The position numbers and the translations under genes were made by a program. The notes beneath the pieces are model-generated. The model saw nothing but the letters and a program-made list of their open reading frames with translations. It was not told where the DNA came from and ran no database searches. A stretch of 31,101 nucleotides of DNA, from the IMG/VR virus record IMGVR_UViG_3300044983_000269, positions 1 to 31,101 of that record; one strand, written 5' to 3'. Shown piece after piece: positions 23,614-31,101 of the stretch; positions within the stretch are counted from its first letter, which is position 1, and each line of letters opens with the position of its first letter. Source of the stretch: a virus (Duplodnaviria > Caudoviricetes).

Positions 23614-23981
23614 GTGGCGTCTCCGATTTCGGCAGCAGCGCGCACGATGGCGCGGCGGGTGGCCGCAGTTGGGTCGGCGTGGTTCGTCTCTTCCACGTAG
23701 ACGCTCTTCTGGCCGGGGACACTGATCTGAACGCAGGCATTGCCCATGTAGCAGCGCACTGTCATGTGCAGTTCCACCGCCAGCCGCAGCACGTCGTCGC
23801 CGCTGGTGAGTGGGTTCCAGTAAGTCGGACATTCGCCGGATGCCGGGATGATGTGGGGCTCGTCGTTCTCAAAGTCGATGAACGCACCGGTTGTGGAATT
23901 GAAATAACTTCCTCCAAAGCCGATATTCAGGCCCGTAGCCTTCGCCGCCAGCTCCAGCAGTTCGCGGTCAGTGGTCATCAT
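23610..23981 (-). CDS. Conserved phage hypothetical protein
   Basis: 'TDRELLELAAKA', 'WNPLTSGDDVLRLAVEL', 'ATRRAIVRAAAEIG'. Overlaps at both ends. Confidence 0.8.
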   Translation of the reverse strand: MMTTDRELLELAAKATGLNIGFGGSYFNSTTGAFIDFENDEPHIIPASGECPTYWNPLTSGDDVLRLAVELHMTVRCYMGNACVQISVPGQKSVYVEETNHADPTAATRRAIVRAAAEIGDAT

Positions 23982-24325
23982 GGTGTTTTGTCCGGGATGT
24001 CGCAGAGGCGCTCGAGGGCATGAGCGATGGCCTGCACTCGGCGCCGAGCTTCCAAGGTGCGCAGGTGAAGCGGGATGCTGTGCCGCAAGGCGACCCAGAG
24101 CAGCCACGCGCCTGACATCAGGTTGAGGCTTGCCACAGTGCCGTCCAAGGCAGCGCGCGTCTGCCACCACTGCTGGAGTCCGCTCCACCCCATCACCGCA
24201 TTGACGCTGAAGAAGAAGGCTGCCCCGAACAGCCACCGGCGCTGCGCGCGCAGCAGCAGGGTGTCGGCCTTGAGCAGCAGCCTGCACTGTCTGAGGCCGT
24301 TGGCACGCTCTTGTGCAGTGGTCAT
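23978..24325 (-). CDS. Hypothetical membrane protein (two hydrophobic segments)
   Basis: 'WLFGAAFFFSVNAVMGW' and 'VASLNLMSGAWLLWVAL'. AAGGAGG SD. Confidence 0.7.
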   Translation of the reverse strand: MTTAQERANGLRQCRLLLKADTLLLRAQRRWLFGAAFFFSVNAVMGWSGLQQWWQTRAALDGTVASLNLMSGAWLLWVALRHSIPLHLRTLEARRRVQAIAHALERLCDIPDKTP

Positions 24326-24564
24326 GGCGCCGCCTCCTTCGCTTGTTCCCCGAGCCGGCGAAAGATCAGCTCGAGCCCGAGCAGCCAGTCGGCTGGGGTC
24401 GCATCCGGCGCCTCGCATTCGTGGAGCACGAGGCGGTCGGCCGGGGACAGGTTGAGCCCCGTCAGATCGCTGCCGCGCACGATCCCGGAAAACCGCAGGT
24501 TGTGCAGCGCGTCGCGCTCGAGCTTGACGAACGAGGCGCCGAGCTGGGCCACGAAACGGGTCAT
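24322..24564 (-). CDS. Hypothetical protein
   Basis: ATGA overlaps at both ends. Confidence 0.65.
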   Translation of the reverse strand: MTRFVAQLGASFVKLERDALHNLRFSGIVRGSDLTGLNLSPADRLVLHECEAPDATPADWLLGLELIFRRLGEQAKEAAP

Positions 24565-24800
24565 GGCGCCTTCAGCTTCTGCGGCGCCTGCGGTGCTGGC
24601 ATCCAGTGCGTAGGCGTGGCGAGCTCGTCGCCTTCTTCGTCCAGGCCGATGGACAGGAACCAGCAGTCGTCGTGGAAGATGGCAACGGCGACGCCAGCGT
24701 CCGCGCCCCAGGCCACGAGGACTTGCTTGTGCTCCATCGGCGGGCCGCCCTCTTCGAGAGGGATCCAGGCGTCGGACAGGGGGAACGTTTCGGTGCTCAT
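24561..24800 (-). CDS. DUF551-like phage protein
   Basis: 'WIPL...PP...VLVAW...W...PTHWMPAPQAP'. AAGGAG SD. Confidence 0.8.
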   Translation of the reverse strand: MSTETFPLSDAWIPLEEGGPPMEHKQVLVAWGADAGVAVAIFHDDCWFLSIGLDEEGDELATPTHWMPAPQAPQKLKAP

Positions 24801-24831
24801 CGATGTCTCCTTCGTAGATGGTGAGCGCCCT

Positions 24832-25146
24832 TTATACAGGGGGCTCGATGACCTCGGACGCGAGCGCGCGCAATGCCTCGAAGTCGATCAGACCGAGCGT
24901 TGCACCCAGGCGCATCAGCACGCTCGGCCGGCCGGCCTTCAGAAGCACGGCCATCGCCCCTGCGCACTGCACGCGGCGGCGCTGCTTCGCGTAGAACACC
25001 TCATGACAGATGAAGCCGGCCATGTCATCGGCGAGCATGTCGGTCAGGATGCTTTCGAGGCGACCCGGTTCCAGGCTGATGGCGCCTTCGCGCCGGAACG
25101 GGCAATCAGCGCAGGGGCGCGCCATGGCAACGTCGCTGCATTTCAT
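24832..25146 (-). CDS. Cys/His-rich hypothetical protein (CxxCPF...CH...CAG)
   Basis: 'PCADCPFRR', 'FICHE', 'QCAGA'. ATGA overlap. Confidence 0.75.
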   Translation of the reverse strand: MKCSDVAMARPCADCPFRREGAISLEPGRLESILTDMLADDMAGFICHEVFYAKQRRRVQCAGAMAVLLKAGRPSVLMRLGATLGLIDFEALRALASEVIEPPV

Positions 25147-25550
25147 TGTGCGTGCCCTGTCACCGGCCCGATCAGTGCCACAGGCGGCAGCAGAATCGCC
25201 ACGCCTATCGGCCGCCACAGGTGCAGGCAGTAGGGGTGCAGGTTCACCCAGACGCGGCGCGGCGGGTGCAGCTGCAGGACGGTGTCGTCGTCCTCCCAGA
25301 ACAGGCTCTTGATGCGATCCATTTCGGCCCACGTCGGGCAGCGGTTCGGAAGCGACACGCTGACGTGTTCCCACCCGCCGAGGGCCGGGTCTTCGTCTGC
25401 TTCGAGCAGGCCGTCGTGCGCGATGCAGCGCAGGGGTGCCTCGCCGCGCTTCACCAGGGGCACGAAGAACAGGCCGCAGTTGCCGGCCATGTCGCTCGAG
25501 GCCATGAGACCGGTTCGCACGCGGAATTGATTGGGGACGCGAAAGCTCAT
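25143..25550 (-). CDS. Conserved phage protein with WEHVSVS / CLHLWRP motifs
   Basis: 'GWEHVSVSLPNRCPTWAEM..IK.LFW...QLHPP...VNLHPYCLHLWRP'. Confidence 0.85.
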   Translation of the reverse strand: MSFRVPNQFRVRTGLMASSDMAGNCGLFFVPLVKRGEAPLRCIAHDGLLEADEDPALGGWEHVSVSLPNRCPTWAEMDRIKSLFWEDDDTVLQLHPPRRVWVNLHPYCLHLWRPIGVAILLPPVALIGPVTGHAQ

Positions 25551-26212
25551 GGGGTGGCCTTGTTCTGCAGGGTCAACTCGGCGAGCAGCATCTCCGCGAG
25601 CGGCCCCGAAGGCAAGACCTGCAGCGAGGCCGAGAAGGCGATCTCCGCGTGCGCGGAGACCAGCTGCTGGACTTCTCCCCCGGGCTTCAAGACGGTGTCG
25701 CAGTCCTCGGGCGGGCTCACCACCATGTACTTGCGGCAGGCCATCGGCCGGTAGGGGTAGATCGCGCACTCTTCGCCCGAGGTCAGTAACACGCAGGCGC
25801 GCTCGGATTCGGGCAGCGCCTTCCACTGCTCGGCCGTCTTCGCCTGGGCCTGCACGCGCAGGCGCTCCACGTCCATCAGCCAGCCGACATCCTGCGCCGC
25901 CATGGCAGCGAGCTTGGCCTCGCCGGCCGTGATGATGACATGCAGCCGGCAGCAGGCGCCGCAGCCTCGGCTGCACTTCACGTCGGGACCGTGCTTGTCG
26001 TGGGCGAGCGTGTAGGCGACGGCCTCGTCGACCAGTGCCTGGCCCCCGGCAGCGATGCCTTCCGGGTTCCCAGGATTCTCGGCCGCTGCTTTTTGCAGGT
26101 TGCGCTCGAGGTCGCGATGCAGCCAGATGATCGTGCTCTGATCCTTGGGAGACGCGCTGCGAAACATCTTCGCGAGCGTCTCGCTGTTCACGTAGACGGC
26201 AGGCTCGGTCAT
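25547..26212 (-). CDS. YkgJ-family (CxxCxxCC) Zn/Fe-S cluster protein
   Basis: 'CSRGCGACC', 'CVLL', 'CAIYPYRPMACRKY'. Confidence 0.88.
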   Translation of the reverse strand: MTEPAVYVNSETLAKMFRSASPKDQSTIIWLHRDLERNLQKAAAENPGNPEGIAAGGQALVDEAVAYTLAHDKHGPDVKCSRGCGACCRLHVIITAGEAKLAAMAAQDVGWLMDVERLRVQAQAKTAEQWKALPESERACVLLTSGEECAIYPYRPMACRKYMVVSPPEDCDTVLKPGGEVQQLVSAHAEIAFSASLQVLPSGPLAEMLLAELTLQNKATP

Positions 26213-26427
26213 GGGTGCGGGATCGGCTGGATGAAGACAGGCTCGCCGGCGATCAGGTCGCGGTACTCGCCCGCGTCATCCTGCAGCACTGGCATCGAGC
26301 CGATGTAGCCGCCCAGCATGCCGCCGAAGCTGAGCATCAGGCTACGGCCGTTCGCCGAGACGAGCAGCACCTGTGCAGGCAGCGTGTCGCCGGCGTAGGT
26401 CACGAGCACGAAGTCGCCGCGTGTCAC
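26209..26427 (-). CDS. Hypothetical protein
   Basis: GTGA/ATGA overlaps. Beta-rich, 72 aa. Confidence 0.65.
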   Translation of the reverse strand: MTRGDFVLVTYAGDTLPAQVLLVSANGRSLMLSFGGMLGGYIGSMPVLQDDAGEYRDLIAGEPVFIQPIPHP

Positions 26428-26831
26428 GGCTCGTCCCTCGGATCGTCGCGCCGCAGCGGTGTGTGCTCAGCCTGTGTCGCCATGCTCAAAACGTCCGAGG
26501 CTTCGAGCCAGCTGATTGCCATGTGCCCGCCGATCTCGCCGAAGCCGGAGACCATGCCTAGGCTCCATCCCAGCTCTTGCTTCTGGCGTTCCTTGTCGCC
26601 TGCGAACTCGGCGAGCGTCGAGCGAACGCCGATGCCTGAGCGTCCGTCCTCGGTCTCGACCAGGCGCACGCAGGACCAGCTCGCGCGGATGTCGGTGAAG
26701 TTCTCGAAGCGGCCGGCGCGCCCGGCCAGGATGACCTGCGCGCAGACGCCGTGCTCCTTCAATACGTCTTCGATCAACGCGCGCACGTGGCGCAGGCGCT
26801 CGGCTTCGACGTTCTCGTCAATGGGTTCCAT
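26424..26831 (-). CDS. Hypothetical protein
   Basis: AAGGA SD. Coupled in the operon. Confidence 0.7.
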   Translation of the reverse strand: MEPIDENVEAERLRHVRALIEDVLKEHGVCAQVILAGRAGRFENFTDIRASWSCVRLVETEDGRSGIGVRSTLAEFAGDKERQKQELGWSLGMVSGFGEIGGHMAISWLEASDVLSMATQAEHTPLRRDDPRDEP

Positions 26832-27102
26832 GGCGTTCCTTTTGGAGTCGCAGGTGGATCACCCCGACGGCAAGCCCGAGTTGCCAGGCGAGCTTGGGTG
26901 GCAAGTCGTCCAAGTCCTCGCGCGTGGCTTCGCGCACCGTCAAGTCGACGTTGAAGGCGAGCACCGCGCCGCAGTAAATGCACACGCTGATATCGTTGGC
27001 CGAGGGCGTCGCACCGTCGGTCAGGCCCGTCGCGCCAGTCATCTCGGCCTTGCAGCGCGGCCAGCGCGCATCGCTGCAGGTGTAGGTGCAGGTGGGGGTC
27101 AC
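26818..27102 (-). CDS. Hypothetical putative Zn-binding protein
   Basis: 'WPRC...DISVCIYCGAVLAF'. GTGA overlap. Confidence 0.7.
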   Translation of the reverse strand: MTPTCTYTCSDARWPRCKAEMTGATGLTDGATPSANDISVCIYCGAVLAFNVDLTVREATREDLDDLPPKLAWQLGLAVGVIHLRLQKERHGTH

Positions 27103-27323
27103 AACCAGGTCTCCACGATGTCCGGGTCGTCGCCCTCGCTGCGCGTGATGCAGGCCAGACCCATGTCTTCCATCTGCTCGCGCAGCCAGTCGAGCGTGTT
27201 GCTGGCGAGGATTCTGTCCGTCGCCTTGATGTCAGCGCCAACGAGCCAGCGCCGCGCGACGAAGCTGTCCGGGTAGTCGAACGGGTGGTCGTAGATCGTC
27301 CACAGGACCAGGGGCTCGCTCAT
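27099..27323 (-). CDS. Conserved hypothetical protein
   Basis: 'WTIYDHPFDYPDSFVARRW...DDPDIVETWL'. ATGA overlap. Confidence 0.78.
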   Translation of the reverse strand: MSEPLVLWTIYDHPFDYPDSFVARRWLVGADIKATDRILASNTLDWLREQMEDMGLACITRSEGDDPDIVETWL

Positions 27324-27823
27324 GCTGTCCCCGCATCGTTGCTGCCGCATGCTACTTGTGCGGCCAGCGCGACGCACTCGGCGCGCACATAGTCGATGTC
27401 GCGGTATTCGTCATCGTCGGTCAGGAGCTTCCGGCGCTTAGGTTTCGGCCGTAGCGATTCGATTCGCGGGGACAAGTCGAACGCATGCGCGCAATCGAAA
27501 ACGAGCCACCACACGCGCTCGGACTCGCCGGGCTCGGGCACATGACAGATACCGCTACCGTTTTCGCTCGCAGGCTGGCAGAAGTCGGCGAACGTCAGCC
27601 CGCCGTGGACAGTGACCTTGACGGCGTCGTAGTCCTTCTCGTACCACGGATGCCCGGTAGATACCCCCACATAGCCGCACAGCGAACCCGACACGCCTGC
27701 GCGGTGAATGAGGCATGGCAGGCCTGTCGTCTCGTCTGTCCATTGCAGCTTGTCGGGCTCAGAGTCCCACGGCCCGCGCGGCCATGCCGACTTGTCGACG
27801 AACGTCCAGGCTTGTGTCTTCAT
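27320..27823 (-). CDS. Conserved phage protein (CGYV...VHGGLTF...FDCAH)
   Basis: 'LCGYVGV...HPW', 'VHGGLTFA', 'FDCAHAFD'. GGAGG SD. Confidence 0.85.
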   Translation of the reverse strand: MKTQAWTFVDKSAWPRGPWDSEPDKLQWTDETTGLPCLIHRAGVSGSLCGYVGVSTGHPWYEKDYDAVKVTVHGGLTFADFCQPASENGSGICHVPEPGESERVWWLVFDCAHAFDLSPRIESLRPKPKRRKLLTDDDEYRDIDYVRAECVALAAQVACGSNDAGTA

Positions 27824-27829
27824 GGCGCC

Positions 27830-28168
27830 CTACCTCCGATGGCTGATGCGGGTGATCTGCCCGCAGTGCTGGCACTTGGTGCGCTCGCGTTCGGCAATGC
27901 GCTGCATTTCATCCTGGTAGGCTGCGCGCGTTCGCATCCACTGGCTCTCTCGATGCATCAGGCGCTCGAGCACGAACATTGGCGAGACCTCGCCCTGGCA
28001 GTCCAGGCACTTGCATTTGCCCGCGCGCACGTCAACCTCGAACGCGCTGCGCAGATGCGCACAGGCGGCATAGGGAACCTCGACGAGCATGCGCGCGCCG
28101 TCCGGGGGCGCCTTGTAGTCGACGGGCAGGCGCACGATGTCGCCCTGTTCGTCGAGATCGATGTCCAT
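27830..28168 (-). CDS. Conserved phage Zn-binding protein
   Basis: 'CAH', 'CLDC', 'CQHC'. AAGGAG SD. Confidence 0.8.
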   Translation of the reverse strand: MDIDLDEQGDIVRLPVDYKAPPDGARMLVEVPYAACAHLRSAFEVDVRAGKCKCLDCQGEVSPMFVLERLMHRESQWMRTRAAYQDEMQRIAERERTKCQHCGQITRISHRR

Positions 28169-28183
28169 GCGCGTACTCCTTCG

Positions 28184-28340
28184 AAAAAGAAATCGGGTGC
28201 CCAAGCCGTCAGCGAGAGCAAGGGGGTCGGTGCTGAATGATTGACGCCGCAGAGCCCGGCGCGTCGCCTACCGTCAAGGGAGGTAGAGGGAGGAGGAAAC
28301 CGGCAGGGACTTGGAACACCGACACGCACCCGAGGGGAAA
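28184..28340. ncRNA. Candidate structured cis-regulatory or small RNA
   Basis: Nested inverted repeats fill the intergenic space. On the minus strand the closing stem is followed by TTTCTTTTT. Confidence 0.45.
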
Positions 28341-28343
28341 CCA

Positions 28344-29354
28344 TTACTGGAGCGTCGCCGCCGCGCCGCCCTTCAGATCTTGCACTGCCCGCAGCACGTG
28401 CCCGCCTGCGTCGCGCACCACCATCGGCTTGACCCCGGTGGCTTCGAGCTTCTGCTGGAGCACGCGCGGGATCTTGCCCTGCTGCATCAGGATCAGGTGC
28501 CGACCCCGGTGCGGGGAGAAGTCCCGCGCCGAGGCGAAGTCCACGAAGCGCAGCTCGTCGCCTTCGCCCATGGCTTCCCGGATGCGCTGCATCCAGTCAG
28601 CGGCGATGGTGCCCAAGACGTCGATGCGCAGGACTGGCGCACGAAGGGGCGCAGAAGCCTCGCCAGGCGCTTGGGAAGGGGCAGGTGGGGGTGAGCTACT
28701 GCTCGGTCCCCCAAGCTCTTCCACGAGCATCGCGCGCACGCGCCGGGTGACTTCCTCGGCGACCTGGCCGATCTGGGCCTGGAGGAGTTCCTGCACGAGC
28801 GGGCCGATGCGCTCGGGCAGCGCCTCTGTCCGCTCGGCGACGCTCTGCACGACTTGGTGGACGACCTGCCCCACCATCAGCGCGTCGCGTGCCTGGAGGA
28901 GCTGTCCGAGCGCAGCCATCATGGACTGTCCGAACAGGGCGACAGCGGCGTCGATGCCGGCCGGTGCAGGCTCCGGCGCAACGGCAGCCACCTCGACCGC
29001 AGACGCAGACGTCACCATCGCGCGCTCGCGTGTCGTCCAGCGGACCGGGCCTTCAGCATCGGCTTTCGCAGAGGCTGGGGCAGGCGCCGGGGGCGCCGGA
29101 GACATCGCCGCGCGCTCGGCCTTGGGCAAAGCCTTGAACTGCGCCAGCGCGCGGTCATAGCCACCATTGCTTGGGGTGCACAGCTTGCCCAGGGCGAGGC
29201 GGTCGCGCTGCCGCGACCTCGGCAGCACCTTGCGCTGCGCTTTCTCCAGCGCATCGGCAGGTTTACGGTAGCCTGAGTCGAGTAGCGGCAGCGTCTGGCC
29301 GATGACAGCCATCCACTCGTCCTCGGTCCACTGCAGGTGCGTCCGGGTTGCCAT
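28344..29354 (-). CDS. Hypothetical 336-aa protein, first gene of the leftward operon (possible regulator)
   Basis: GGGGAGG SD, 'WTEDEW' and 'WTTRER' motifs, Pro/Ala linkers, alpha/beta C-terminal domain. Confidence 0.75.
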   Translation of the reverse strand: MATRTHLQWTEDEWMAVIGQTLPLLDSGYRKPADALEKAQRKVLPRSRQRDRLALGKLCTPSNGGYDRALAQFKALPKAERAAMSPAPPAPAPASAKADAEGPVRWTTRERAMVTSASAVEVAAVAPEPAPAGIDAAVALFGQSMMAALGQLLQARDALMVGQVVHQVVQSVAERTEALPERIGPLVQELLQAQIGQVAEEVTRRVRAMLVEELGGPSSSSPPPAPSQAPGEASAPLRAPVLRIDVLGTIAADWMQRIREAMGEGDELRFVDFASARDFSPHRGRHLILMQQGKIPRVLQQKLEATGVKPMVVRDAGGHVLRAVQDLKGGAAATLQ

Positions 29355-29413
29355 GCGGGTCTCGCCTCCCCTTTGATTCAAACCGGCGCGAAGGCGCGCT
29401 CGGATTGCGGGGC

Positions 29414-29442
29414 AGGTTAGACCAAAGCTTCAATTGGCGCAA
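29414..29442 (-). promoter_or_regulatory. Putative sigma70 promoter of the leftward early operon
   Basis: Minus strand TTGCGC, 17-nt spacer, TAACCT. Confidence 0.6.
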
Positions 29443-29454
29443 CCAGGGTTGCGC
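29437..29454. repeat. Perfect inverted repeat GCGCAACC-AG-GGTTGCGC (operator or att-like site)
   Basis: 8-bp arms with a 2-bp centre. It overlaps the -35 box and lies 9 bp from the integrase stop. Confidence 0.6.
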
Positions 29455-29463
29455 GAGTGGCGT

Positions 29464-31101
29464 TCAGGCAGGTGTGGTCTTTCGGCGCCGGGCGACGGCT
29501 GCATTCACCTGCGCCTTTCCAGGCCCGGTGTACGTCTGGGACAGGTCCCAGGTGCCGTCTTTGGTGTCGATCTGCAGGATGATCTCGACCCCGCTGCGTC
29601 CATGCAGCGCGAGGTGGGCGATACCCTCGGGGGTCTTGCCTTGGCGGTAGCCCTTCGAATAGAGCACGAGCTTGTCGAAGGTGTCGATGACCAACTGCCG
29701 GGCCTGCCTGCGCGCGTCAGGCTCCTGCGCGAGGACGCCCTTGGTCAACTTGCGAAACTTCGCCTCGACCCCGTTCAGGTCAGAGCGGCTGACGCGGGCG
29801 AGCGCGCGCTGCGCTGCCTCGACCGCTGCCTCGGCGACGAGCTTCTCGGCTTCGAGCGCGCGCATGCGCGCGTTCATGGTTCGCGCGGCCTGCTTGTCGT
29901 CTTCGTCTTCGATAAGGCCCATCAGCCGGTTCAGCTTCTCGGTGATCTTCGCCTCGCGCTCCTGCGCTGCCTCGAGCGCCGAGCGCGCTGATGTGTCGTT
30001 GTCCCCGCCATGCAGGCTGCGCAGGTTCATCAGCTTGGAGCAGAACTCCATGACGGCGCGCTCGAGCGGGGCGACCTGCAGCGAGTGCCCCCCGGCCTCG
30101 CAGTCGACATCGGGGCGCGTGTGCTGCGAGCAGCGGATGCGGCGATGGCTTTCGACGATCCGGCCGTTCTCGTCGCGCTTGCGCGTGGTGTAGATCTGCG
30201 CGACCACCGCGCAGCCGCAGTAGCCGCAGACCGTCGCGCCGAACCCGGTCAGGACGTGCGGGAGCGTGCCCTTGACGCTGAAGGCCGGCAGCGCGCGCGA
30301 CTTCAGCATGTCCTGCAGCGCGTGCCACTGCGAGAGCTTCAGGAGCGCCGGGTAATAGCCGTCGAGGACGTAGCGCGCGGCCGGCTGTTTTTCCGATGAT
30401 GCCTCGACATCGATCACCAGTTCGCCGATCAGCGACGAGCTACGCACCAGCCGCTCGACCTGCGAGGCGAACGTCCCGCGCGGCGTGAGCTTCAGGCCCT
30501 GCTCGATCAACTCCTTGGTGACCCCGACCATCCCGTGCCCGCTCATGTAGAGGTTGACGGCTGTGCGCGTGGCGTGCGCATACTCGGGGTCGAGTTCGTA
30601 GGTGCCCGCAGCCGTCTTGCGAATCCAGGAGGGCAGGGGGAAGCCGCCCACCCGGTGCGTGCGGTCGCCAGCGACCCAGGCCCGCGCGCGCTGGTGCAGC
30701 GAGTCGCGGGAGAAGCCCGACTTGCGCGCTGATTCTTCGTTGGCGCGGATCATCACTCCGAGGCTCATGAACAGGTTGCCCTGATTCTGCTTTATCGACG
30801 CCTCGCTGTACTCCATCTTGTCCTTGGCGGTCACGATGGTGATGCCCTTGCCGATGATCAGGGCGAACTGGCCCATGGCAACCAGAGCAGCTTCGCGTGA
30901 CAGCCGGTCGAGCGCCTCGACCACGAGCACCGAGCCGCGCGGCACCTTGCCGGCTTCCACGTCGCGCAGGAACCCGCTGAGCTGGCCCTTCGCGGCGTGC
31001 TTGCCCTTGAACGCTGAGACCCCCTCGTCTCGCAGGGTCTTGTTCAGCTCCATCCCGTTGTCGTCCGCCCACTGTTGGGCGTACTCTGCTTGGCGCTCCA
31101 G
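29464..31101 (-). CDS. int: Large serine recombinase / integrase (5'-truncated by the window edge)
   Basis: 'LERQ...DEGVSAFKG', 'LVVEALDRLSR', 'EESARKS', 'YYPALL', Zn ribbon 'CGYCG...C...C' and a coiled coil. The frame is open to the window end, so the catalytic YxRxS motif is outside the window. Confidence 0.93.
   Translation of the reverse strand: MERQAEYAQQWADDNGMELNKTLRDEGVSAFKGKHAAKGQLSGFLRDVEAGKVPRGSVLVVEALDRLSREAALVAMGQFALIIGKGITIVTAKDKMEYSEASIKQNQGNLFMSLGVMIRANEESARKSGFSRDSLHQRARAWVAGDRTHRVGGFPLPSWIRKTAAGTYELDPEYAHATRTAVNLYMSGHGMVGVTKELIEQGLKLTPRGTFASQVERLVRSSSLIGELVIDVEASSEKQPAARYVLDGYYPALLKLSQWHALQDMLKSRALPAFSVKGTLPHVLTGFGATVCGYCGCAVVAQIYTTRKRDENGRIVESHRRIRCSQHTRPDVDCEAGGHSLQVAPLERAVMEFCSKLMNLRSLHGGDNDTSARSALEAAQEREAKITEKLNRLMGLIEDEDDKQAARTMNARMRALEAEKLVAEAAVEAAQRALARVSRSDLNGVEAKFRKLTKGVLAQEPDARRQARQLVIDTFDKLVLYSKGYRQGKTPEGIAHLALHGRSGVEIILQIDTKDGTWDLSQTYTGPGKAQVNAAVARRRKTTPA

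Larger units (their letters stand above)
1..31101. mobile_element. Temperate tailed phage / prophage region (siphovirus-like, HK97-type head, lambda-like tail tip, serine integrase)
   Basis: Contiguous terminase, capsid, portal, tail and tape measure genes, an opposite-strand operon of small phage-type genes, and a large serine recombinase. No host housekeeping genes seen. Confidence 0.97.

Noticed and set aside
27050-27065. WPRC in place of an expected CxxC as evidence of prophage decay
   Set aside because: A single substitution with other Cys residues nearby. Structural genes look intact, so general decay is unsupported.
28193-28333. tRNA gene in the cloverleaf-like intergenic region
   Set aside because: No T-loop GTTCGA/TTCRA motif, no 7-nt anticodon loop geometry, and the element is too long.
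1-31101. CRISPR array, rRNA, IS elements or introns
   Set aside because: No regularly spaced repeats, transposase motifs or interrupted core genes were seen by eye.

Overview
This GC-rich window (about 68-70% GC by eye) holds most of a temperate siphovirus or prophage genome, plausibly from a proteobacterial host. Bases 64-20859 (+) are the virion operon: TerS, TerL, an HK97-type prohead protease-major capsid fusion, small accessory genes, portal, head-tail connectors, tail tube, G/GT chaperones with a -1 frameshift, tail terminator, tape measure, lambda-like tail-tip genes and a tail fibre. Bases 20878-29354 (-) are a tightly coupled operon of about 20 small early-type genes, many Cys-rich, ending in a GH5-fold protein whose catalytic residues appear substituted. 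Bases 29464-31101 (-) are a large serine integrase cut off by the window edge. I could not recognise an endolysin, replication gene, repressor, tRNA, CRISPR array or reverse transcriptase. The most notable observations are the degenerate GH5-like protein, two highly structured intergenic RNA candidates (2269-2356 and 28184-28340), a near-leaderless uORF and an internal start in the protease-capsid gene, a shuffled tail gene order, a dual-coding segment, a 6-codon coupling minigene, and a palindrome plus promoter just downstream of the integrase. All family calls come from motif recognition by eye, not database searches.
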